Positions 52,531 to 64,000 of a DNA stretch of 64,000 nucleotides are shown here, one piece after another. The stretch is from Octopus bimaculoides. Taxonomy: Eukaryota. Below the pieces are notes generated by a model. That model ran no database searches and had not been told where the DNA came from. It saw nothing but the letters and a program-made list of their open reading frames with translations. The first letter of the stretch is position 1. Each line of letters opens with the position of its first letter. The translations under genes were made by a program, and so were the position numbers. The stretch lies in assembly GCF_001194135.2 (NCBI RefSeq), contig NC_068982.1, forward strand, positions 131,475,982 through 131,539,981, written 5' to 3'.

Positions 52531-54774
52531 CAGCAGCAGCAACAGCAGCATAAGCAGCAACAGTAGCAGTAGTAGTAGTAGTAGCAGCAGCGTAAATAAA
52601 TACGCTCCAAAATTAATTTTAAACGTTTAAAAACAAACAAGCAGTAACGGATATTCAAACCGAGACATCAAAAAAGTACAAAAAATACAGGGTCTCTGTT
52701 GGTCACATTTGACAATGCATCTATACATGCATGTGCAGGCCAGGGTTACTTACTTTAAAGAAATAATATCAGTTGAACATGTATGTAAATCTCCCCTCCC
52801 CACGATACCAATACTTATTTAAGAGAAAGACCACCGACTTGAACCGATAATGTTTGACATCAATGTCGTAGCAGGCGTTTGCAATCGGAATGCAAAGAAC
52901 CATAAGAGATACCGCAAGGCATCTTGCTCGACTCACTAATACTTCTGCCAATCTATCTCCTTGGAGTGTATTTTTTTTTTTGACGCCGAAAAAATGCCCA
53001 GAAAAGTTAACCTCAGCTAGATTTTTTTATTAAGAGCGTAGAGTCAGAACAAGTACTGCGAGACATTCTATCTAATGCTCTCATCAATTTGCCACCGCTA
53101 AGTGTTTCGTTCGAACATTAGTTGGAATGACGAATGAACACAAATATCATCCCTGGCAGCAGCGGTTATACCATCATCATCATCATCATCATCGTGGTCG
53201 TCGTCGCCGCCGTCGTCGTCGTTGTCATCGTCCCCAACATTATCGTCGTCGTCGTCATCAACAACAACAGCAAAAACATTAGTAACAAAATTATCTCTGT
53301 CGTTTATTAATGTTTGGTATACAAAAAAAAAATGCGACACAAGCCAGCTAGAAGAAAATAGAGAACGGGCATAATATGTTACAATAGATAGTGCCTCTTT
53401 GCGCGATGAATTTTCCTCGAAAAGAGTGAGGTGGAGGAAGACTGCATATCTCTGTTTTTCCAAATGTGGACGAGTGGGCTTCTATATGCTCTCGAAGTGA
53501 CAGCTGGCAGAAACTTTGACCGATGTGTGACAGTGCGCGTGCTCTATGGATCGATGCAGGACATATGGAAAGTTTGGATATTAAGGCCGAGAACTAGGCT
53601 AAGAAATACACCTGGTGTGCAACACACGTATCCATAGTAAATCTACCTCCGGAATTCAAAGGTGACAGAGATATTAACACAAACGTTGACACATGGTTTG
53701 TCGTCTTCTTTGTGCAATAATTTGTGGGGACGTGCAATAGTATGTAGTTTGGTGGACTTTGTATGGACATATAGGCATATAGGTCCTAATAGCCTTAGAA
53801 GACTTGAAGGTTAATCTGGATCTGTATTCCCTTATAGAAGTCGTGAGGAGTGGTGAAGTAGGCCCAGTTTATACGGTCTAATAGTTAAGGATGTTGAGTT
53901 CTTTATCATAAGGTTATAGTTTCAGTTCCAGACAGAGCGACACATACTGTCCTTGAGTAAAGAGTTTAAGTTCACGCTAATGGAGTCTAATCAGCAGTAA
54001 TGAGTACTAGCTGGGTGCTGGTGCAATCCTTTCTCTCCTTCCAAATACCACATCCTGAATGTTTAGCTGGGTCAAACATGCAGAGGACGAGAGAGTGTCC
54101 ATATCTTCTGGCAACTATATAAGCCCCTAAAACAATTAATGAAAGCATGGTACATGTTACCAAAGCTTACTCGCCGAAGAGTGAGAATTGACTCTCCTGC
54201 AAAGGCGACCTGAGAGCCTTTTCCCCAGAGAAAAAAATGAAAAGCTGAAGAAAAAGAGAGAAGACTTCAGCAATAACCCTAACAGCAGGCACTAGAAATG
54301 AAGAACATACTTGTTGCTGCCTCTCTTTCTAGAGCGCCAAGTCAAACTCAAAGAATATCTGGAGCGGAAGCAAATGAAATTATCTCGTTCTTAGTACCAT
54401 CTGCACCAAGGGCTGACGACGAGAGAATGTGAGGAAGTTGGTGTTTCAGCCCCATAAATGTCTCGGCCTCCAAAATAAAAAAACATCGGGAGACCTGGTT
54501 TGTATTAGATTTGAAGGGAATTGGTTGTGGAATCTACCTTTGTAATGGTATCATATTCTCTTTTGGTGGATTGATCTTTGTTTATTTGATCTGCAATATT
54601 TTTCACCTGGTCTAATATAATGTCTTATGTGTTTGCCTCACCCTCTCTTTATTATAAATGTTTACATTACATGTTTTGCTATCCATTTCTGTGATTTCTG
54701 TGTGACATGTGTGATATTATGTGTGAGCCCTTGTGGACAATAATGAGTAGTAGAATATTTGTATCAAATACCTA

Positions 54775-54821
<47 letters not shown>

Positions 54822-54876
54822 ACACACATACGCACACAAATACATACATGAATACATACATACATACATGCATGCA

Positions 54877-54911
<35 letters not shown>

Positions 54912-55333
54912 GTACGCACGTGTTTGTGTGTCTATGTGGGTGTATATGTATATGTGTGTGCGTGTGAAATAAATAATGGCTGTAATATACTGTTTCCGAA
55001 CAAAACTGACAGTGAAATGTCTGATACTCTTCGTTATTCACTCACACTTTCACACTTACCGTTTTAGCAACCTCTTACTTCAGCACTGTTCCATTTGTGT
55101 GTCAACGAGCAACCACATGCCAATTAATTTGCATGGATTGATGTTGTTGTTGTAATTGTTGATGTTTATGTTTTGTTTTCGATACTCGACCCTAACCCCT
55201 GGACATTTTGTGTTTTATCTTCGTAATGTTCCGTCGTCATTGCATTTATAGCAAAATAGATAAATAAATAGCATGTCTTACAAAATAAATAGGAATCTAT
55301 GATGTAAATTAGTTATGATAGTGATAATAATAA

Positions 55334-55463
55334 TTCTTTCTACTATAGGCACAGGGCCTGAAATTTTTTAGGGGATGGGGATAGTCGATTGTATCATCGC
55401 AGTGCACGGCTGATACCTATTTTATCAATTCCGAAATGATGAAAGGCAAAGTCGAGCCTGGCG
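55334..55463 (-). mobile_element. SINE-B 3' part (head missing)
   Basis: ttctttctactataggcacagggcctgaaatt...gatgaaaggcaaagtcgagcctggcg. Confidence 0.82.
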
Positions 55464-55469
55464 TTCATA

Positions 55470-55635
55470 CACGGAACAGTAAATGTACTGAGGAAAGTGT
55501 TGCGTCTCTAAGCAACACTTTCCCCCCAAGACACCTGATGAAGGCTGGAGAGTATATCAGCCGAAACGTTGTGCTAACAAATAAGATGAGGACAAATATC
55601 CGTCAAATGTAAATAATATAAATAATGTAAATAAT
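55470..55635 (+). mobile_element. Short non-coding element: 12-bp hairpin, minimal hammerhead motif, AT-rich tandem tail (Penelope-derived or retrozyme-like)
   Basis: Hairpin ggaaagtgttgc/gcaacactttcc (55492-55523); hammerhead 55531-55575; (aaataatgt)-like tail. Second partial copy at 9170-9258. Confidence 0.7.
55531..55575 (+). ncRNA. Minimal type I hammerhead ribozyme motif
   Basis: ACAC-CTGATGA-A-GGCTG(gagagtatat)CAGCC-GAAA-C-GTT-GTG: conserved core, 5-bp stem II, palindromic ACGT in place of stem III, 3-bp stem I. Activity untested. Confidence 0.7.
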
Positions 55636-55670
55636 GAACAATCATCATCATCATCATTATTATTATTTTT

Positions 55671-55739
<69 letters not shown>
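55671..55739. repeat. (GTA)n microsatellite
   Basis: Direct reading. Confidence 0.97.
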
Positions 55740-56164
55740 TTTTCAATTTGTATGTTACATACGATTACCATAGACTGGAGAGAAAGATAGCTCTAATAAT
55801 AGCCTGTAGAAACGCATGTCTATTACAAATGATAATTTTCTCTCTGCTAATAATCTTTGAACTTGATTTCATGCCTGAATCCTCTCAATAAAGAGATAAG
55901 TTACAGACAACGAGTCATGTCTATGGCTTGACTCTCATTCCTTGTTTAAATACATTCGATATACTTCATTTTGCACCGCCAATGTGATTTGGGAGAGCCA
56001 TTCACGCCAGGTAACTCATTTCCTTTTCTTCTATGATTCTTATTTATTTGCAAGACAGAATTTATTGTCTTAGTATCAAAGGTGTATTTCTTGTGTAGCT
56101 GATCCTATGACCGCATTTCGAATCTCATTTAAAGCTATTTCACTTCAGTTATGCAGCTAATGTG

Positions 56165-56455
56165 TGAGCACGTGTTCTAATCATTAGGGATGCTGGGCTC
56201 ACCATCGTGACGTTACGGATTCGAATCTCGGACCTGGCGGTACGTTTTTCCTTGAGCTTGGATTTAATTTCACGTTTCTCCGGTCTACTTAGATGAAATG
56301 AGCACCAGCAGTTTCTGGGGGTGGGATTGGTGGAATTAATCAACTTTACGATGGACTGGACTCTTGTTCAGGTGCAAGGATCTTGTACTTTTTGTTGCTT
56401 GTACACACCAGAAACCGGAAAAAGCTTCATCTTAATGAGGCTGTTCAAGAAAGGT
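56165..56455 (+). mobile_element. SINE-C-like copy, degraded
   Basis: B-box-like ggattcgaatctcgg, core ttccttgagcttggatttaatttcacg, cgatggactggactcttgttcagg; inverse of 13165-13348. Confidence 0.6.
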
Positions 56456-57204
56456 TAAAAATTAATCCATGTTGCTAATGACAACACATTACAACTCTTT
56501 TATTTTGAAACATGTCGAGGCTAACTGTAGCTACCTTCCCTCCGAGATTAGTGAAATATATTCTAATACTATATTGGAAGTGATCGCATATATTTTTCCA
56601 ATCTGCTTAACAACTTAGACCTACTCCTATATATTACGAATGAAAGCTAATATCAAAGGCTTTACATTGGGTGTCAATAAACAAGAGGCAAGTAACCAAT
56701 TAATAAAGTTCGCGACCCAATTTCGTCTTCCAATAAAAGCCAATTCGTTTCACTTATGGAAAAATATCAACGTTACAAAGTCCAAGTTTTTAAAAAAGGC
56801 CTGGGCCTTGTTCATACATTGATAAAATCATAGGTAATTTGTACCGTAAACATGAACTATATGCAGGTAAATACGCCCTTTCCACCAGTTGAACCCAAAA
56901 GACTGACCCTAACGAGGATAGATTACTGGGGTTGTTATTATTTAGTCGTAGATGAACCTGATCAAACAAATCTATGATTACAGGCATTGCAGATGAAACC
57001 ATCTCATCTTTTCCTGATCTACAGGAAAGCCATGAGCACCTAATCGAAGTGTATTACTTAATGATGGTTGCGTAAGGTTTGACGGAGATTTTTTTTTACC
57101 TTCCTTCGTTGGGTGATCTATTTTTTAACAAGAGATGAAAAATGGTATCACTATAATTTTTATTAAGTTTTAAATAAATTCATTCAATACTAAATATTAG
57201 TTTA

Positions 57205-57360
57205 AAATTTTAGCACAAGGCCAACAATTCTGAGGGCGGCGGCAAGTCGATTAGACCAACCCAGTGCTTCATCAACCCTGAAAGAACGAAAGGCAAAGTT
57301 GAACTTGACGGAATTTGAACACAGAATGTAAAGACGAACGATATGCCGCTAAGTATTTTG
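57205..57360 (-). mobile_element. SINE-B copy, degraded
   Basis: tagcacaaggcc...aaaggcaaagttgaacttgacggaatttgaacacagaatgtaaagacg...gccgctaagtatttt. Confidence 0.8.
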
Positions 57361-59879
57361 GTAGCAAAGTAATGTTTTGGTCAAATTTCAATACATCCTA
57401 CAAATACAGTATAGCATCTCTCTGTCACGAGTTTAAATCTAGTCGAAACAGAATTTTTATCTATGATACAAATTTGGGGGTTAATTAAAACTAGTACTCT
57501 GACAGAGTCTATTTGATTGTTATAAGCTTTTTCAAAACACAAAGCTTTTTTCCGAAGCCAAAAGAAGTTTATTTTTGCATGACATTAGTTCGACCATGAA
57601 GCGCTTTGTTCACTTACGTCAATGCGTCTGCAATACAAGAAGTTTACAGCATTTGAGTTTAAACTGAAGATTTAAGAATGTGTGAGTAAATACGAATGTG
57701 CACGAGTAGAATTTACTCTGCTCGTAAAGGAATATTAGTGAATCGAAGGTGAAGTTTCGAATGCTCTCTAAATGTATAGCAGTACTGAGTTTAGTTTTAT
57801 TACTTCCTGAGTTTAGATCCCTCTAAAATCGACTTTACCTTTCATTCTTTCAAGGTCGATAAATAAGAATATGTGTAACATGTTTGTGGAGGGGGCGACC
57901 GCCTCATATTTGTGATTTTGTGTCAACGCAATAAATCAATTGTAAATTCTAACTCTAAATTTCACATCCGTAGTTTCTAATCTTAGTGAAAAAAAAAATG
58001 TAAAAGAAAGCGAATGTTTAAGCGCGTCATCTATCAAACGGTGAATATAATACAGCATCTCATTTATTACCGATCTTGCAATTTAAACTCCCCTATTGAT
58101 TTCTCAAGGTCAAACATATATAAATGAAGAGTAGAGTTAATCGAATATGATCCACTATATCATTCATATATTTTTTTATTGAACGCAGGATAAAGCGGGG
58201 GCGGTAAAGAAGCAAAAGGTGATCCTAATTGCATTTGAACTGAAAATATAAAGAGATAGAAATACTGGAACAAATTTTACTCTGATATTTCTGTCATCTA
58301 CCAACACTGCTGAATGATCACATTTTAATATGTTATAATTAAACAATAATTGATTTTCTGTTCATTAATTTTATTCATGAGTAAATGTCAGATGCGTGTG
58401 TTTCTGTGGAAAGATGTGAACAGCACAATATCCGCCCTGTACCTCCTATAAATCTACACACCTTGTGATTTACTAAATGAAACGATGTATTTGTTTAATA
58501 GAAAAATGGTGATGAGAATAAACAGAATCAAAAGTAGTCTCATATAACCGCCTTACAGATCAGATTTTCATGTGTTGATGGCAAGGTGACCTAGTTCCAA
58601 AATAACATAGTCCACCAGGCCAAAAATAAATACTGCAAGTTATGAACAACTAGCTGCTCCGTATAGTTGAGAAGCGGTTCTGATAGATCAGACTCTTCAG
58701 AGGGATAGATGACAGCACAAAAGTATTAGAAAGTAATCTAAAGAAAATATATGTAACGGAGAATCGAAACCGGATTGGGGATTCATGTCATTAAGGCCTT
58801 ACTGTTACTTCACGGGGCTTGTAATTGCGTATGATAATTTTAACACGAGAAGTTCGTAATCAGAACCTCGACAAAACGGTCCGAATCACTTTACGCATGT
58901 AATTATGATCTGAAAATGGAACGGTTGCCTATTGCTTCGTTGAGAATCACGTTGCAACTTGAACTCAAAGCTGTAAAGCTAACAAAAATACTCGTTAGTC
59001 ATAGAATTTTCCCACCATTTTCAAGGGTGTTCCATGCTTTTGTAAGATACAAAGAACGCTGATCGAACGATTAAAAAACAATATAGAAACAATGGGAGTG
59101 CAAATAGTACCTACTGGTTCGGGTAACTACTTTAGTAGCCTATATCTGCTCTAAGAAGATTAACTAGAGGCTACACAACAACACCGACAAAACAAAAATG
59201 TTTTGCAGGGTCCATGGAAGTGTTAACTTAGACTAAATGTGAAAGGAAAAGTGAAAGTGTATGCAATGTCCAGATTAGATAGATGTGGAATATAGCTGTG
59301 CAAAGGATTTATGATTATAAGCTCATAGGTTCAAATCTAGTGACGCATTTTGCCCTTGAGCCCGCGCCACCAAAAAAAAAAAAGAAAAAAAGAAGCACGT
59401 TGCTTCTTTTTCCTCTGTTATTATGAGTACTAGTAGAGTACCAGCCTTCTCTCCCTCTATCTGTCACATCCTAGGGACAACAGGATATTTATATGTGCTC
59501 GTGGCTACGTAAACATCTACAAAAATTAGCGAAGATGTGGTACATGTTACCAGGTCATATTCACTTGTGAGCGACAGCAATGCTGCTGGTTATGAATGAA
59601 AAAAAAAGTCATAATACTGGGTTTCAGTCTCATGCTTTATACAATATTACATCATATACTAAACTTGTTGCTGTGGTTATACATATTTTAACTTTATTTA
59701 ACTAGTCTACATAGTTAAGTCACACTATGCTGTCGACTAATTTCTCATCCTTTCTGCTTGTTTCACATGAGCAGTCACGACTACACTCATCTTTAATTCA
59801 TCGCCATCCTTTTGGCATCACTTTCATGGACTATGAATTATGGTTAAATATCAAGATAGAAGCTCTATCTCAGCCATTC

Positions 59880-60420
59880 TTTATGTAGAAGCACCAAGAC
59901 AGAATCAAAGTCAATGGTAATAATTTGCAAGCTGTACAATACTTTATGTATCATGGAATTCAATATCGACGGTCAGCCATATTGATGCTGAGCTTCAAAG
60001 CAGGATGATAAAGCGTAAGTATGACAGCCGGACGACTTAGACGTTGGCGTAATGATCATGTTGCCACAAAAAGAAGTGCAATGTCTGCGGAGTAGTCGTC
60101 ATATCTTCCCTTTTGCATGGTACCTAAGCATAAACAATGTATAGGAGCCAGGTGAAGAAATTGTATACCTCCATGATAAAACATCTGCGCTCAGTCATGA
60201 AAATCCCCAGGTGTAAAAAGTGTATCAGGATGAGCAAGATTGTCAAGTATAGATCCCATGGCAAAAAACGTACAACAGCTAGATGATAATATCAGAATGT
60301 TAAGTGAAAATCTGACCTAACATTTCATGTAGTTACAACTACATGGAGGACAAAGGAACGTGGTCAACCTCACTTACCTTGTAAGAACACTTTAAAGAGG
60401 AAGATGAAAAAATAAAACAA
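59880..60420 (+). mobile_element. Degraded RTE (BovB-like) LINE RT C-terminal remnant, no PHD finger
   Basis: KVNGNNLQAVQYFMYHG, IDAELQSRM, TMYRSQVKKLYTSMIKHLRSVMKIP, GQPHLPCKNTLK. Confidence 0.7.
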
Positions 60421-62577
60421 AAGAAGATGCAATATGATCTTAATGCAGGGGTTCTCAAATTGAAAACTACCAGCCTTCATCTTTACCAAAATGCTGAAAT
60501 TTATATCCCACGTCTTAAAAGTGTTAAATAGCAAAAATCTGCTGCCACACGGTGCTTGGCGTCTCGCAGGCAGGATTCCATTTGTTCGAGCAACTCAAAC
60601 GAAGGCGTTGAAAAGAAGGAAACAGAGTGTGAGAAAAGCTATTGAAGTGGCGAAGATTATTCTGAAAGCGAATGACAAAATTGGTTTGGTGCAATAAATA
60701 AGGTCTGGAATGGGATGGTGAGCCTAAAGAACCTATGAATTTGAACTTAGCATTAATTCTGTTCCCTATCTCTAGAGAGAAAAATACAGTCGGAAAGGAT
60801 CGAAATCGTCGTTACCCCTAGCTGATAGCTGATGATGGAAACGTCTCATATACAAGCTGTAAGTAAAATATAACATAATGTGTGAATAAATGAGTGGATG
60901 GATGTACATAACACTCACACCCATATTTATATCAGAGATAAGAAGAAAGCTAGGTAAATGAATAAAGAAAAAGAATGGATGAAAAAATACAGAAGGAGAA
61001 ATAAGAAATAATGGAAGAAAAGGAGAGATAAAGAAAGGAAATATAACCCTTTCTGTCATATCATTTTCTTCTTTTTTCCCTTTTTATTTTTGATGAAGAT
61101 GTCGTCGATTTATCTGTCTGGTTTCCGTTTATTTTCATGTTGAGGAATATTCTCGCACGGAAAACAATCAACAAGTTGTGAGTTGGCATAGGAGGGTCGT
61201 GTCGGATAATAACGAGAATTGCGATAATTTTGTCTATGAAAAGACCGAATAAACGAGTGAGCGACAGGGAGTGAGATGAAAAAATGCGTGTATGTATGGT
61301 AGGAAGATAGATAGAGATAGAGATAGAGAGAGGGTGGAAGAAAGAGAGAGAGAAGAGAATAAAATATTCAAAATAGTTTGTGTGACATAGTACTTGAGGA
61401 TTTTGGGGCGTTGAGATTGTTAGATAGATAGAGATATGTACAAATAAAGAATATTTTTCTATCATTCACGTGATTTCTTATGTCCTTTTATAGTTTCATC
61501 CAATAAAATAGTTTAGAATAGTTTCTATTTTCTTTTGGCAGTAGAGGTAATTATTTATTTTTCAATGTAGAATAGAGACTGATGGTTCGAATCTAGTTAA
61601 CTTCTAAAGTGTAATATTCTTTATTGGATTTATAAAAAAGATTTTTCTCTCCAATTTTCTAGATTATATTTTCTACGTCAATTTTCGACCTAAAACAGAG
61701 ACGCAATCTAAATTTTTGTAAAAAGTATGCCGTATTATTGCTCCTTGATTCTACTGTCTGTAGATGTTCGTTTCGATATAGTTCTATCTCATTGGTGCAG
61801 CTCATGGATAATTACATTTATACTATTAGGAAATTTTACACAAAGTTATGCATAAAACATGAGTGTTCATGGAAAAGGAAACGCAATTCAGAATTGTATA
61901 AAGTTAGACGAACTCATTAACATGGAAATATTTTTTTACTGAGTAAGTTAAATTAATTAGAATAAAGCACCTTTTGTGCATTTCGAAAAAAGCTGCTTCA
62001 CAACTGTAAAATTCATTCTTACAAAGCAAATAAAACAAATATAAAACCTCACCAACTTAATGAACTTCCTCTGTGAAAAACATGCGACGCGCACACGCAC
62101 ATATTAAGAGAGGGTGAGAGAGAGGGAAAGAGGGAAAGGGACAGGGAAGTGTGAGGGATAGAGAATAACTGATTGCTATTGGAACTGCTTGCTAGGTTAT
62201 GGCATAGATAGTAAAATTGAGGGGAAACGCTTGAACGTCGGATAAAATGCTTGTACTTTGCTGGTATGACTTTTCGTAATCTGATTTCAAATCGCGTATA
62301 ACTTTCATCCTCCTGAGGTCGATAAAATGAAGGGTCCGATTTAATCGACTGCTCTCAGCCTTACAAAATGCGAATTTCAGAAATATATCATGAACAGACT
62401 GTTAATTATAGAGGTGATGGGAAACAGAGGGAGCAAGAAAAAAGTGAAAGTGAAAGTGAAAGTGAAAGAGTTGGAAAAAGACGTATGAAGAGTAAGAAAA
62501 TTACAGAAATAATTATACACATACATACATATATAAATACATATATACATACATACATGCATGTATACACACACATT

Positions 62578-62643
<66 letters not shown>

Positions 62644-62959
62644 NNNNNNNNNNNNNNNNNNNNNNNNNNNNNNNNNNNNNNNNNNNNNNNNNNNNNNNNN
62701 NNNNNNNNNNNNNNNNNNNNNNNNNNNNNNNNNNNNNNNNNNNNNNNNNNNNNNNNNNNNNNNNNNNNNNNNNNNNNNNNNNNNNNNNNNNNNNNNNNNN
62801 NNNNNNNNNNNNNNNNNNNNNNNNNNNNNNNNNNNNNNNNNNNNNNNNNNNNNNNNNNNNNNNNNNNNNNNNNNNNNNNNNNNNNNNNNNNNNNNNNNNN
62901 NNNNNNNNNNNNNNNNNNNNNNNNNNNNNNNNNNNNNNNNNNNNNNNNNNNNNNNNNNN

Positions 62960-63005
<46 letters not shown>

Positions 63006-63359
63006 AGAAGAGAGAGAGAAAAAGGAAAAGAGTAATGGAGCTACATAGCTAGGAAGATAGATACTGAGGAAATGAAGAATAAAGAAGTACATGAGGGAGT
63101 CAATGAGAATAAGGAAGGACAATGACATGAGGTGAAATCAACAAGAATAACTGAAAGAAAACAAATGAAGAAACAAGTTGAAAATGCAGTAAAGCTTGTA
63201 ACAAAATGTTGTTCCTTTCATACAGCAATGAACACCGTCATTTTTGACAAGTACTACACTTGTATTTCTATAAAGTATTTTAGACACGTGTAAGGACTTA
63301 TGACTAAGAAGTTTGAATGAGACAACACTTATGTACTATTTACGCACGTGTGTGTATAT

Positions 63360-63641
63360 TTGTGTGTATATATATAGTCGCATGCGCATGTATGTGTATG
63401 TGTGCGAATATACAAGCATGTAAACTAAGCAAATGTTTATTATGTCATGTGTGTATGATTATACATGCATAAACATAAACACACACGCAATTACACACAC
63501 ATACACACACACACACAAACACACACACACACGCACACAAACAAGCATTGCTATGTCTGATGTATGTGACTATGTGCATGCATGCATGTATATTATAAAC
63601 ACACACGCAAATATATGTGTTTGAATGTGTGCGTGCGCGTG

Positions 63642-63681
<40 letters not shown>

Positions 63682-64000
63682 CATGTGTGCGTGTGTGTGT
63701 GTGTCCACGTAGTACAATAGAATCCACACAACCTTTATTTAATTTTTTTTTATTTTCATACTCTGAAGAATCTGGATACAGNNNNNNNNNNNNNNNNNNN
63801 NNNNNNNNNNNNNNNNNNNNNNNNNNNNNNNNNNNNNNNNNNNNNNNNNNNNNNNNNNNNNNNNNNNNNNNNNNNNNNNNNNTTGTGTGTATATATATAG
63901 TCGCATGCGCATGTATGTGTATGTGTGCGAATATACAAGCATGTAAACTAAGCAAATGTTTATTATGTCATGTGTGTATGATTATACATGCATAAACATA
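63360..64000. repeat. Exact 118-bp duplication (63360-63477 = 63883-64000) across a ~100-N gap
   Basis: Base-for-base identity up to the window end. Confidence 0.9.

Noticed and set aside
52769-52951. Signal-peptide-like minus-strand ORF (MAEVLVSRARCLAVSLMVLC...)
   Set aside because: It starts at TTG rather than ATG, is short, and has no supporting gene structure.
60366-60390. Perfect minus-strand donor AAG|GTAAGT
   Set aside because: It lies within the RTE remnant's coding sequence (GQPHLPCK), so it is coincidental.
60828-60848. CTGATGATGGAAACGTC hammerhead-like string
   Set aside because: No stem II between CTGATGA and GAAA, and no stem I.

Overview
AT-rich, microsatellite-saturated animal genomic DNA with many N-gaps, mostly beside simple repeats. 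The repeat families (tRNA-derived SINEs with internal TA/CA tracts, RTE LINEs, Ty3/gypsy) look like those of octopus; this is inference from pattern recognition, not a database search. No host protein-coding gene could be identified: almost all ORFs in the track are microsatellite or SINE translations, and only weak candidate exons exist. Supported content: (1) an internally deleted Ty3/gypsy LTR element at 3001-5404 (-) with both LTRs, a 5-bp TSD, a tRNA-Ser-type PBS and a PPT; (2) a young 5'-truncated RTE LINE at 24931-26113 (+) with a PHD-type finger in its open ORF; (3) older RTE, CR1/L2-like, R4/Dong-like and Tc1/mariner remnants; (4) about 20 copies of at least three SINE families (window-local labels A, B, C); (5) a nested foldback element at 175-413; (6) a short non-coding element with a Penelope-type minimal hammerhead ribozyme motif at 55531-55575, plus a truncated copy fused to a tRNA-like palindrome at 9125-9258. 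The hammerhead element is the best candidate for an overlooked functional system.
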